DNA of 63,497 nt, counting the filler. It is 6 parts of 6 records of this genome, joined end to end, with 100 filler letters (N's around TTAATTAATTAA, not from the genome) between each part and the next. Parts side by side here need not be neighbours in the genome. Positions count along the whole stretch, not along the records: positions 10,290 to 15,891 come from SRR2962707_4893; positions 15,992 to 36,283 come from SRR2962707_4896; 4 more parts are not named here. One strand, written 5' to 3'. This document shows, piece after piece, positions 10,291-19,415 of the stretch (position 1 is its first letter; every line of letters starts with the position of its first letter). Both the position numbers and the translations under genes were made by a program. Under the pieces are notes generated by a model. It worked only from the letters and a program-made list of their open reading frames with translations, did not search any database and was not told the DNA's origin.

Positions 10291-11397
10291 GACCAGCATC
10301 GCGGCTGGTTCCATTCGTCCCTGCTCGAAAGCTGCGCCACCAATGGCCACGCGCCCTATGACAGCGTCCTCACCCATGGTTTCACCATGGATGGGGAAGG
10401 CCGCAAGATGAGCAAGTCGCTGGGCAATACCGTTGCCCCGCAGGACATCATCAAGCAGTACGGCGCCGATATCCTCCGGCTCTGGGTCGCCTCGTCCGAC
10501 TATTCGGAAGATCTGCGCCTGGGCAAGGAGATCATCCAGACCACGGTCGACAGCTATCGCAAGCTGAGGAACTCCCTGCGCTGGCTGCTCGGCAATCTGG
10601 CCCATTTCAGGAAAGACGACGTCGTCGACCCCAAGGACATGCCGGAGCTTGAACGGCTGATGCTGCATCGCCTCGCCCAGCTCGATACCGGCGTCCGCGC
10701 GGCCTATAACGAATATGACTATCGCAAGGTGGTGACGCTGCTCACCAACTTCATGAACATCGAGCTGTCGGCGTTCTATTTCGATGTTCGCAAGGACACG
10801 CTCTATTGCGATCCGATTTCCTCGATCAAGCGCCGCTCGGCGCTGACCGTGCTCGACCACCTGTTCAACGCGCTCACCGCCTGGCTTGCGCCGATCCTGG
10901 TCTTCACCATGGAAGAATGCTGGCTCGAACGGCACCCGGAGGAGGGCGCCTCGGTCCACCTGCGTCAGTTCCCCGACATTCCGCAGACCTGGCTGGATAA
11001 TGAGCTGGCGGCCAAGTGGCAGCTCATCCGTGCTGTTCGCCGTGTCGTCACCGGCGCGCTCGAGATCGAGCGGCGCGAAAAGCGCATCGGCTCCTCGCTG
11101 GAGGCCGCGCCAAAGGTATTCATCGCCGACGCCCGCTATGTGGTTGCGCTGGAAGGCCAGGATCTGGCCGAAATCGCCATCACCTCGGCCGTTGAAATCA
11201 AGCAGAACGAAGGCCCCGGCGAGGCTTTCCGCCTCGATGACGTGCCGGGCGTCGCCGTGATGCCGGCCCTGGCCGAGGGCAAGCGCTGCGCCCGCTCCTG
11301 GAAGGTGCTGCCCGAAGTCGGTACTGACCCGGACTATCCCGACGTCTCGCCGCGCGACGCCCAGGCGCTGCGCGAACGCGCTGCCGCAGGTCTTTGA
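10291..11397 (+). CDS. ileS: Isoleucyl-tRNA synthetase, C-terminal part (5' truncated)
   Basis: [40 protein letters not shown]; followed by lspA. Confidence 0.97.
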   Translation, partial: DQHRGWFHSSLLESCATNGHAPYDSVLTHGFTMDGEGRKMSKSLGNTVAPQDIIKQYGADILRLWVASSDYSEDLRLGKEIIQTTVDSYRKLRNSLRWLLGNLAHFRKDDVVDPKDMPELERLMLHRLAQLDTGVRAAYNEYDYRKVVTLLTNFMNIELSAFYFDVRKDTLYCDPISSIKRRSALTVLDHLFNALTAWLAPILVFTMEECWLERHPEEGASVHLRQFPDIPQTWLDNELAAKWQLIRAVRRVVTGALEIERREKRIGSSLEAAPKVFIADARYVVALEGQDLAEIAITSAVEIKQNEGPGEAFRLDDVPGVAVMPALAEGKRCARSWKVLPEVGTDPDYPDVSPRDAQALRERAAAGL

Positions 11398-11400
11398 CCC

Positions 11401-11964
11401 TTGGGTGCCTTGCGCCGCTTTGACATTTCGGTGATCGCCTCCCTCATGGTGGCGGTCATCGCCTTTGGGCTGGATCGCGCGCAGAAGGCCTATCACATCG
11501 CCGCCGAATGCTACGCCATCGGCCAGGCCGCCTGCGTCAGCGTCCCCTATTTCTTCGAACCCATCACGCTGACCGGCTGGCGCGGCGGTGAATTGCTCAG
11601 CGTCACGCCGTTCTTCGACTATGTTCTGGTCTGGAATACCGGCATTTCCTATGGCCTGCTCGATGGCCTGCCGGTCTGGGCGCTGGGCGCAATCATGCTC
11701 GTCGCCGTCGCGGCGCTCTCGGTCTGGTGGTGGCGCAGCACTGAGTTATTGGTGCGGCTTGGCTTGGCGCTATGCGTGGGCGGGGCCCTCTCCAACGCAC
11801 TTGATCGCCTCATCTATGGGGCCGTGGCCGATTTCTTCCACTTTCATTGGGGAAGCTGGTCATTCTACATCTTCAACCTGGCAGATGTGGCCATCACGCT
11901 GGGCGTCATACTGCTCTTTGTCGATCTGCTGGGCCTGTTCCGCCGCCCGGCCAAATCGGACTGA
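11401..11964 (+). CDS. lspA: Lipoprotein signal peptidase II
   Basis: WNTGISYG, GGALSNALDR, GAVADF, FNLAD motifs. Confidence 0.93.
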   Translation: MGALRRFDISVIASLMVAVIAFGLDRAQKAYHIAAECYAIGQAACVSVPYFFEPITLTGWRGGELLSVTPFFDYVLVWNTGISYGLLDGLPVWALGAIMLVAVAALSVWWWRSTELLVRLGLALCVGGALSNALDRLIYGAVADFFHFHWGSWSFYIFNLADVAITLGVILLFVDLLGLFRRPAKSD

Positions 11965-12051
11965 GCGGCAAATTCATCACCGTGCTGCCAGAATCTGGTC
12001 TTACGGCTGGGAATGCGCTATAGAGGCCGCCGATATCGTAAGGGAATTTGC

Positions 12052-12747
12052 ATGCGGATCGCATTGACCGGGCAGGGTGCTGCCATTTCTGCCGCCACTC
12101 GCGCGGGTCTTGCCGCTTTCGGGCTGCTGGCCAGCCTGGCTCTTGCGGCCTGTACGACGGTAGAAGGCACCAATGCCCTGACCGATTTTGGCACTTTCGA
12201 GCGCGAAGTGATGAACACCACTGCCCGTGGCGTCGGTCTCATCCCCGGCGACCCGCCAAAGGAAGACCTGACCGCCGCGCGCGCGCCGCTTGTACTGCCC
12301 AAATCCGAAGCCAATCTGCCGGCGCCCCGCACCCAGGTCGCCGCAGCGCAATTGCCGGCCAATAGCGACACGGTGCAGATCGACACCAGCAATCTCAGCG
12401 AGACCGACCTGCGCCTGCTGCGTGACGCCCGCGTCGTCGATATGCGCACTCTGGGTGGCCGCCCGCTGACCGAGGTCGAAGCGCGCCAGCTCACCGCACG
12501 CATGCAGGCAGCCAACATGGCCGTCACGGCCAATAATGAGCGTCCGCTCTACCTGCCGCCGGCCGAATACTTCACCCGCGTTGGCGATTCGCAACTGGTC
12601 TGCCGCACCGCCTCGGGCGAACTGGTCTCCTTGCGGGATGATCGCTGCCCCGCCGATGTGCGCCGGGCGCTGCAGGAAGCCAACCCGGGCGTGTCCAGTT
12701 CGGGCCTGATCGGCACGGACATCAACAATACCCTGGGTCGGAATTAG
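12052..12747 (+). CDS. Hypothetical lipoprotein
   Basis: Hydrophobic N-terminus with LAAC lipobox; RAPLVLP and YLPPAEY motifs as in alphaproteobacterial lipoproteins; followed by a terminator. Confidence 0.75.
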   Translation: MRIALTGQGAAISAATRAGLAAFGLLASLALAACTTVEGTNALTDFGTFEREVMNTTARGVGLIPGDPPKEDLTAARAPLVLPKSEANLPAPRTQVAAAQLPANSDTVQIDTSNLSETDLRLLRDARVVDMRTLGGRPLTEVEARQLTARMQAANMAVTANNERPLYLPPAEYFTRVGDSQLVCRTASGELVSLRDDRCPADVRRALQEANPGVSSSGLIGTDINNTLGRN

Positions 12748-12783
12748 TAGCCTCAGTCCGATCCAGGACCTAACACCGAAAAC

Positions 12784-12818
12784 GACGCCCCGCCTTCCGG
12801 CGGGGCGTCTTCGATTTT
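12784..12818 (+). terminator. Rho-independent terminator
   Basis: 11-bp stem GACGCCCCGCC-TTCC-GGCGGGGCGTC followed by TTCGATTTT. Confidence 0.8.
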
Positions 12819-12867
12819 ACCGCGCCGCCCGCCACTGCGATCCCGCTTGTGGCATGATGGGTCCCGC

Positions 12868-14604
12868 ATGTCAGAAAGTGCTCCAATGAGCGACACCCCA
12901 AAACAGCCCGAATCTGCCGACCGTCTGGCCAAAGTCATTGCCCGGGCAGGTCTCTGCTCCCGCCGCGATGCCGAGGGCTGGATTGCCGACGGCCGGGTGG
13001 CAGTCAACGGCAAGACCGTGCTGACGCCCGCCTTCAACGTCACCAGCCGCGACAAGATCGAGGTCGATGGCCTGCCGCTTGCCGCGCGCCAGGGCACCCG
13101 CGTCTGGCTCTACAACAAGCCTGCCGGCCTGGTGGTCACCGAGAAGGACCCTGAAGGCCGACCCACCATTTTCGAGGAACTCGACCGCATGGGACTCCCC
13201 CGAGTGCTGACCGTGGGCCGCCTCGATATCAACACCGAAGGCCTGCTTCTTCTCACCAATGATGGCGGCCTCAAGCGCGTGCTCGAACTGCCCTCCACCG
13301 GCTGGCTGCGCCGCTACCGCGTGCGTGCCTTCGGCTCGGTCACCCAGACCCAGCTCGACAGCCTCAAGCACGGCATCACCGTCGATGGCGTGCAATACGG
13401 CCCGATCACCGCCACGCTGGAGCGCGAGCAGGGTTCCAATGTCTGGATGGTGCTGGGCCTGCGCGAAGGCAAGAACCGCGAAGTAAAGAACGTGCTGGGC
13501 TCGCTCGGCCTTGAGGTGAACCGGCTGATCCGCATCTCCTATGGGCCATTCCAGCTCGGGGATCTGGCCGAAGGCGGCGTCGAAATGGTCAAGGCGCGCA
13601 TGTTGCGCGATCAGCTCGGCAAAAAGCTTGCCGAGTCTGCCGGCGTCGATTTTGAAAGCGAAATGCCCGATACCGCCCCGGTCCGCGATGAACGCCCGGT
13701 TCGTTCCCCGCGTGACCGGCAACCGCTGCGTCCACGCCCCCCTATGGGTCGGGACGGCGTCCGGGATCGCGATGAGGGTCGCCCGATGCGGCCGCGCCGC
13801 ATCCATTTCGAGGATGATGGACGCGCCCCTGAGGCCTTCGAGCCCAAGGGCGACGGTCGCTCGCGTCGTGATCGCGATGAACAGCCCGCCCGCAGCTTCG
13901 GCAAACCCGCTGGCCGCCCCGAGCGGTCCGATCGCCCCGAGGGGCGCAAATCATTTGGCGAACGGCCACCCCGCCGCGATGGCGACAAGCCGGCGCGCGG
14001 AGGCTTTGCGGACCGCCCCAAACGCGATTTTGGTGACAGGCCCGCACGCGGTCCGCGAACAGAACGCAGCTCTGAAGATCGGCCCAGGCGCAACTTTGGC
14101 GACAAGCCGGCGCGCGGCAGTTTCTCCGACCGTCCCAAAAAGGACTTTGGTGACCGCCCGAAACGCGATTTCGGCGACAAGCCTGCCCGTCCGCAGGGCG
14201 CGCGTCCAGCCCGTGGCCCGCGTCCCGAACGGAGTTTCGATGATCGCCCCAAGCGTGATTATGGGGATCGTCCGCAGCGGCCCTACGGCGACAAGCCGTC
14301 CCGTGGTCCCCGTACCGAACGCCCCCAGGGCGATCGTCCGGCCCGTAGCGAGCGACCCTATGGTGATCGTCCGCAGCGCGCCGACACTCGCCCGGGCAGC
14401 AAATCCTTCGGTGACCGCAAGCCCTTCGCCGGCAAGCCCGGTGGTGCGGCCAAGCCTTATGCCGGAAAGCCTGGTGGTGCCCGTCCGGCGGGTGGCCGTC
14501 CCGGTGCCAAGCCTTTTGCGGGCAAACCCGGTGGCCCGCGTCCTACTGGCGGACGGCCCACAGGCGGGCGTCCCTCCAGTGGCCCGCGTAAGCCGAGGGG
14601 CTAG
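12868..14604 (+). CDS. rluB: 23S rRNA pseudouridine synthase RluB-like, with a long low-complexity C-terminal tail
   Basis: S4 domain (RLAKVIARAGLCSRRDAE), VGRLDINTEGLLLLTNDG catalytic motif, EGKNREV. Confidence 0.92.
   Translation: MSESAPMSDTPKQPESADRLAKVIARAGLCSRRDAEGWIADGRVAVNGKTVLTPAFNVTSRDKIEVDGLPLAARQGTRVWLYNKPAGLVVTEKDPEGRPTIFEELDRMGLPRVLTVGRLDINTEGLLLLTNDGGLKRVLELPSTGWLRRYRVRAFGSVTQTQLDSLKHGITVDGVQYGPITATLEREQGSNVWMVLGLREGKNREVKNVLGSLGLEVNRLIRISYGPFQLGDLAEGGVEMVKARMLRDQLGKKLAESAGVDFESEMPDTAPVRDERPVRSPRDRQPLRPRPPMGRDGVRDRDEGRPMRPRRIHFEDDGRAPEAFEPKGDGRSRRDRDEQPARSFGKPAGRPERSDRPEGRKSFGERPPRRDGDKPARGGFADRPKRDFGDRPARGPRTERSSEDRPRRNFGDKPARGSFSDRPKKDFGDRPKRDFGDKPARPQGARPARGPRPERSFDDRPKRDYGDRPQRPYGDKPSRGPRTERPQGDRPARSERPYGDRPQRADTRPGSKSFGDRKPFAGKPGGAAKPYAGKPGGARPAGGRPGAKPFAGKPGGPRPTGGRPTGGRPSSGPRKPRG
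13890..14600 (+). repeat. Imperfect coding repeats in the RluB tail
   Basis: Recurrent units KRDFGDRP, FGDKPARG, RGPRTERS, KPFAGKPGG in the translation. Confidence 0.8.
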
Positions 14605-14610
14605 CCGACC

Positions 14611-15165
14611 ATGCGCATCGTCGCCGGCAAATTTCGCGGCAAGCAATTGTCCTCGCCCTCAGATGACAGCATCCGCCCCACCTCGGACCGGGCGCGCGAG
14701 TCGATGTTCAACATTCTCGGGTCCCGGCTTGGGCCGGTGCTTGAGGGCAAGCGCGTGCTCGATCTGTTCGCCGGTACGGGGGCATTGGGCCTCGAAGCGC
14801 TCTCACGCGGCGCGGCCCATGTCACTTTTGTTGATACCGGGGCAGAGGCGCGCGCCCTTATTCGCGATCACATCCAGGCCTTTGGCGCCGCCGGCATCAC
14901 CAAGCTGCTGCGCCGCGATGCCACCGCGCTCGGCACGCCGGGCACGTTCGGCCAATTCGACTTGATTTTTCTAGATCCGCCCTATGGGCAGGAAATGGGC
15001 GAAAAGGCCCTCGCCGAACTCGCCGCCAATGGCTGGATCGCGCCAGGCGCCACCATTGTCTGGGAAGAAGCGGCTAATGCCGGGGTCACTATTCCGTCGG
15101 GCTTCGAGCTCGACGACACCCGCGAGTATGGCGCGGCCGCCGTGCGGTTTCTGACATTCAGCTAA
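14611..15165 (+). CDS. rsmD: 16S rRNA (guanine966-N2)-methyltransferase
   Basis: MRIVAGKFRG, RPTSDRARESMFN, LDLFAGTGALGLEALSRGA, DPPY. Confidence 0.95.
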   Translation: MRIVAGKFRGKQLSSPSDDSIRPTSDRARESMFNILGSRLGPVLEGKRVLDLFAGTGALGLEALSRGAAHVTFVDTGAEARALIRDHIQAFGAAGITKLLRRDATALGTPGTFGQFDLIFLDPPYGQEMGEKALAELAANGWIAPGATIVWEEAANAGVTIPSGFELDDTREYGAAAVRFLTFS

Positions 15166-15208
15166 CGGCTGCAATACGGCCCTGAAGAGAAAAGTGGCGG
15201 GCCGTGCT

Positions 15209-15622
15209 TCAGGCCGCCTTCAGGCATTCCGCACACTTGCCGCGAATTTCCATGGTTGTCCGCTCGACTTTGAAACCCGTCGCGCCTGCCCATTTGCCCA
15301 GCCGCTCCTCGATCACCGCATCGGCGAATTCATCCACCTTGCCGCAACCCTCGCAAATGGCAAAGGCGATCAGCCCTTTGCGATGGCAGTGCTCGTCCGC
15401 GCAGGCAACGAAGGCATTGAGCGATTCCAGTCGATGCGCCAGGCCGCGTTCCACCAGCTTGTCCAGCGCCCGATAGACCTGCAATGGCGCGCGCAGGCCT
15501 TCACTGCGCAGCAGGTCGAGAATGTCATAGGCCGAAAGCGGGGCAGGGGCGTGGTTGAGCGTGCCCAGCACCAGTTCCTGGTTCCGGGTCAGGTCCGTGG
15601 GCATGACATGGTCATGTGCCAT
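15209..15622 (-). CDS. zur: Zinc uptake regulator (Fur family)
   Basis: LSAYDIL, VYRALD, HRLESLNAFVAC, CEGC...CAEC; directly downstream of znuB. Confidence 0.9.
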   Translation of the reverse strand: MAHDHVMPTDLTRNQELVLGTLNHAPAPLSAYDILDLLRSEGLRAPLQVYRALDKLVERGLAHRLESLNAFVACADEHCHRKGLIAFAICEGCGKVDEFADAVIEERLGKWAGATGFKVERTTMEIRGKCAECLKAA

Positions 15623-15891
15623 AGTGATCTCTCCTGCCAAACAGCCGCGCCGTGGGCACCACCAGCGACAGTAAAAACAGCGCCAGCGCCATCACCACGA
15701 TGGATGGTCCAGAAGCGGTATCCCAGGTCCGCGACCCGAACAAGCCGCCGACCACCGAAAGCCCGCCCAGCACCGCCGCGACCGCGGCCATCATCTCCGG
15801 CGTCGCACTCAGGCGCCGTGCCGTGGCCGCCGGGATGATCAGGAGGGACGTAATCAGCAGAACCCCGACCAGCTTCATGGCAATGGCAATC
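15612..15891 (-). CDS. znuB: Zinc ABC permease ZnuB, C-terminal part (5' truncated)
   Basis: MKLVGVLLITSLLIIPAATAR...DTASGPSIV. Confidence 0.9.
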
Positions 15892-15991
15892 NNNNNNNNN
15901 NNNNNNNNNNNNNNNNNNNNNNNNNNNNNNNNNNNTTAATTAATTAANNNNNNNNNNNNNNNNNNNNNNNNNNNNNNNNNNNNNNNNNNNN
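15892..15991. other. Artificial contig linker
   Basis: N44-TTAATTAATTAA-N44. Confidence 0.99.
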
Positions 15992-16237
15992 CTTCTTGTG
16001 TCTTGGGTGGACGTGAAACAACTAAAATGAGTAGGTCAGCTAGCTGATGACGTCTCTACATAACGCTGGTCAAACGTCCTTGAACCTTACTTTGGCTAAT
16101 ACGATCGTCCCTTTGGGTGTTCGGACCTGGCAGGGTCTGGATTGCAGTGCGCCTTGACGCTTAGCGCAGTCTCCAAAGTGCCTTTGGTCTTAGTTGTCAA
16201 ATTCAGGGCGCTAAAAAACTTCATTCAATAGAGTGAG

Positions 16238-16273
16238 GTGAGACGATCCCGTAGGAAACAGGTATCGCCTCAT
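16238..16273. terminator. Hairpin downstream of znuA (possible terminator)
   Basis: TGAGACGAT ... ATCGCCTCA imperfect inverted repeat about 50 nt past the znuA stop; weak U-tract. Confidence 0.35.
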
Positions 16274-16319
16274 CAACAATCAATCTCTCAATCACCAACT
16301 TGCGCACAGTGACGCCGGT

Positions 16320-17240
16320 TTAGCGGTCGTCACATCCGGACATGGTGTTGGCCATATTCACCAGCAAAGTATTGTATAAGTCCGGGCCGACGTCTTGGGT
16401 GGCGCCCAGTGGATCAATCTCTGCGATTTTTACAGTGTTCCCGAAAACTGAATCGATCCGCTTTCGACTTTGCTGTGGTTCAACCAAGACACAGGCCGCT
16501 GACCGATCAGTTGCCGCTTTGCGTAGTTCTGCAAGGCGACGTGGGCTGGGATCAACGGCGTCACTTGCCGCGATGGCCCCAATCGACGGGATGTCAAACC
16601 GTGTTTCGAAGTACTGGTAGGCGTCATGCAGCACGATAAATCTTGGGTTGTCAGCAGCCGAGACAGTCGCTGTAATCGTTGCAATTGTCCCGTCCAAAGC
16701 GTCTTGAGCCTGTGCCGCGTTCTTTTTATAGCGCTCGGCATTCTCAGGATCGATGGTCGCTAATGTGGATGAAATGTCCCGAAGCCAGATTTTGGCATTC
16801 GATGGGTCCAACCAGGTATGCGGGTCGATGTCATGAGGGTCATGATTGTGCCCATCGTGCTCTGAATGATGCTCATCGTCATGATCGTCTTGGAAGATCG
16901 CGTTTTCGCGGAGGGGCAGGGTGCGTGTGCCGGCTATTTCGCTCAGTTCCGTCACGACACCTTCCCCGCTTAGCGACTCCAGAGCATGGGAAAGCCATGG
17001 TGTTAGTGCGTCGGATGCATAGAAAATTAGACTCGCGCTTTCGAGTTTCGCCGCTTCGGAAGGGCGCAGCGCGTAGCCATGAGGGGACGATGTCCCTTTG
17101 ATCAGGAGTTCCGGTTTCCCAACGCCTTGCATCACTTGGAATACAAGTGAATGAACAGGAGGGATGTCGGTCATCACGGCGGGCACATCTGCCTGAGCGA
17201 ACGTGGTTGAGGCCAAAAAGAAGGCGATCGAATAGCGCAT
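16320..17240 (-). CDS. znuA: Zinc ABC transporter substrate-binding protein
   Basis: Signal peptide, SSPHGYALRPS, His-rich loop, DPHTWLDP, HDAYQYFE, IDPLG. Confidence 0.95.
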   Translation of the reverse strand: MRYSIAFFLASTTFAQADVPAVMTDIPPVHSLVFQVMQGVGKPELLIKGTSSPHGYALRPSEAAKLESASLIFYASDALTPWLSHALESLSGEGVVTELSEIAGTRTLPLRENAIFQDDHDDEHHSEHDGHNHDPHDIDPHTWLDPSNAKIWLRDISSTLATIDPENAERYKKNAAQAQDALDGTIATITATVSAADNPRFIVLHDAYQYFETRFDIPSIGAIAASDAVDPSPRRLAELRKAATDRSAACVLVEPQQSRKRIDSVFGNTVKIAEIDPLGATQDVGPDLYNTLLVNMANTMSGCDDR

Positions 17241-17270
17241 GAGATTTCCTTGAATGAGCGTGTCGCGCCG

Positions 17271-17301
17271 CTTGATATTTGATACATTATAACATATCAA
17301 G
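17271..17301. promoter_or_regulatory. Probable Zur box between divergent znuA and zur-znuCB
   Basis: AT-rich palindrome CTTGATAT-TTGATACATTATAAC-ATATCAAG in a GC-rich background, between zinc-uptake genes. Confidence 0.8.
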
Positions 17302-17325
17302 TAGGAAATTCCTCAAGGCAGATTT

Positions 17326-17805
17326 ATGAACGCTGTTAACTTCCACGATCACAACCATGAGAGTTGTATTTCCCAGTCAATCGAGGCGGCGGATCTATAT
17401 TGCGCAGAGAACAAGTTACAGTTCACAGCGGTTAGGCGCCGGGTCCTAGAGATATTGTTGGAACGCCATAGGGCCTTAGGCGCTTATGATTTGCTGGAAC
17501 ACTTGCGGGCCGAAGGTCTGGGATCACAACCGCCTGTGGCTTATCGAGCGTTAGATTTCCTTGTGTCTCACGGATTTGCGCATCGTATTGAGCGGCTAAA
17601 TGCTTTTGTGGCATGCTCGCATCCCGGAGACACGCATGCCCCGGTGTTTCTGATTTGCCGCAAATGCAACACTGTGGTCGAGTCGGACGCTGAATTGCGT
17701 CAAAGCGGTCTACAAGATGCTGCCGATGCCGCTGGTTTTTTGATTGAGCGTTCCGTGCTTGAGGTTGAAGGGCTTTGCCCGAACTGTCAGGATGAAGCCG
17801 CATGA
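17326..17805 (+). CDS. zur: Zinc uptake regulator (Fur family)
   Basis: HDHNHESC N-terminus, LGAYDLL, PPVAYRALDFL, HRIERLNAFVAC, CRKC...CPNC. Confidence 0.93.
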   Translation: MNAVNFHDHNHESCISQSIEAADLYCAENKLQFTAVRRRVLEILLERHRALGAYDLLEHLRAEGLGSQPPVAYRALDFLVSHGFAHRIERLNAFVACSHPGDTHAPVFLICRKCNTVVESDAELRQSGLQDAADAAGFLIERSVLEVEGLCPNCQDEAA

Positions 17806-18563
17806 GATTGATTGAAACCAAAGGGTTATCCGTTCGCCACTCTGGACGTTCAGCTCTGGAAAATGTTGATTTCCAAATCGATTCCGGTGAAATCGTGACA
17901 CTGGTCGGACCGAATGGATCTGGAAAATCAACTCTGGTCCGTAGTTTGATCGGCGCTTTGAAACCATCAGCGGGCTGGATCAAAAGAGCGGATAATTTGC
18001 GAATTGGCTATGTCCCACAAAAACTCCACATCGACCCTACTTTGCCGATGACAGCAGAACGTTTTCTTAGTCTGCCAGTTCGAAAGCCAAAGGCACTTGT
18101 TTTGGCGGCCCTGGAAAAGGCGGGCGCAAAGGATTTGGCGACAAAGCAAATGTCGGAATTGTCCGGGGGCCAATTTCAACGGGTGCTCCTTGCGCGTGCG
18201 GTTTTGGAAACGCCAAATCTTTTGGTCCTGGATGAAGCGACCCAAGGGTTGGATCAACCGGGATCTGCGGCGTTTTATCGGCAAATTGAAGAGCTGAGGA
18301 CAGAATTGGGCTGTGCGGTTTTGATGGTGAGTCATGAATTACACGTTGTCATGAGTGCGTCGGATCGGGTGATTTGCCTGAATGGGCATGTTTGTTGCCA
18401 TGGAACGCCTGAGATCGTGGCCTCTGCCCCAGAGTATCGCGCATTGTTTGGCTCAGGAACACAGGGGGCCTTGGCGCTATATCGCCATGACCACGATCAT
18501 GATCATGATTACCAACATGAACATGATGAAACTTGCACGCATGAACACGAGGCGGTGCAATGA
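17802..18563 (+). CDS. znuC: Zinc ABC transporter ATP-binding protein
   Basis: GPNGSGKST, IGYVPQK, LSGGQFQRVLLAR, VICLNGHVCCHG, His-rich tail. Confidence 0.95.
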   Translation: MRLIETKGLSVRHSGRSALENVDFQIDSGEIVTLVGPNGSGKSTLVRSLIGALKPSAGWIKRADNLRIGYVPQKLHIDPTLPMTAERFLSLPVRKPKALVLAALEKAGAKDLATKQMSELSGGQFQRVLLARAVLETPNLLVLDEATQGLDQPGSAAFYRQIEELRTELGCAVLMVSHELHVVMSASDRVICLNGHVCCHGTPEIVASAPEYRALFGSGTQGALALYRHDHDHDHDYQHEHDETCTHEHEAVQ

Positions 18564-19354
18564 TTTTGGATAGTTTTCTGGTTCGCGCGGCCTTGGCCGG
18601 CTTGGGTGTTGCATTGGCTGCCGCCCCGCTGGGATGTTTTGTCGTCTGGCGCCGTATGGTTTACTTCGGAGATGCCACAGCGCATGCGTCGATATTGGGT
18701 GTGGCTTTGGCGCTCGCTTTTGACACCTCGATTTTTGCTGGTGCCTTGGTCGTTGCCTTGTTGATGGCCGGAACTGTGAGTTGGCTAAATGGGCGCGGCC
18801 ATGCGATGGATACGCTTTTGGGGGTCTTGGCGCATTCGGCTTTGGCAATAGGCTTGGTTGCCGTTAGTTTTGTTCAAGGGGTCCGCCTGGATTTGATGGC
18901 ATATCTCTTTGGTGATATCTTGTCGGTTGGGAAAATGGATCTTGCGGTGATTTGGGGCGGGGCTTTACTTGTCGTTGGGCTGGTGTGGTGGCGATGGTCT
19001 GCCTTGTTGACCGCAACTTTGAACCCGGAATTGGCCTGGTCCAGTGGGGTTAATCCAAAACGCGAGCAAATGGTTTTGACACTTGCTTTGGCTATGGTCG
19101 TGGCGGTTGCCATCAAAGTCGTGGGTGTTTTGCTGATTGCGGCTTTCCTCATCATTCCCGCCGCCGCTGCGCGTCCGTTCTCACGCACACCGGAAACCAT
19201 GGCGATTTTGGCAGCCGTTGTCGGTGGAGTATCTGCGCTTGGTGGTCTTTGGGGGGCCTATCATTTTGACACACCGGCCGGACCGACCATGGTTTGTGGT
19301 GCAACGCTCTTGTTTGTGGCGTCCAGTGTATTGGCACAATTACGTCGTGGCTAA
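18560..19354 (+). CDS. znuB: Zinc ABC transporter permease
   Basis: PLGCFVVWRRMVYFGDATAH, YLFGDIL, DTPAGP. Confidence 0.95.
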   Translation: MILDSFLVRAALAGLGVALAAAPLGCFVVWRRMVYFGDATAHASILGVALALAFDTSIFAGALVVALLMAGTVSWLNGRGHAMDTLLGVLAHSALAIGLVAVSFVQGVRLDLMAYLFGDILSVGKMDLAVIWGGALLVVGLVWWRWSALLTATLNPELAWSSGVNPKREQMVLTLALAMVVAVAIKVVGVLLIAAFLIIPAAAARPFSRTPETMAILAAVVGGVSALGGLWGAYHFDTPAGPTMVCGATLLFVASSVLAQLRRG

Positions 19355-19415
19355 GTCTTGCGGCCTTTTCTAAGGCTGATAGGGTCCGTTTCAAATTTAG
19401 ATCGAGGGTATTTGT

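Noticed and set aside
13541-14965. Long alternative-frame and antisense ORFs over rluB (similarly over ileS, hsdR and the Liv binding protein)
   Set aside because: Shadow ORFs expected from high-GC codon bias; no recognisable motifs.
15992-16230. Unassigned sequence at the start of contig 3 as a possible ncRNA
   Set aside because: No recognisable RNA motif, convincing ORF or repeat.
18482-18550. CATGAT-type repeats at the end of znuC
   Set aside because: They encode the His-rich tail common in ZnuC.
15209-19354. Apparent duplication of zur/znuB
   Set aside because: The copies are on different contigs with different GC and gene order, so they are most likely from different organisms.
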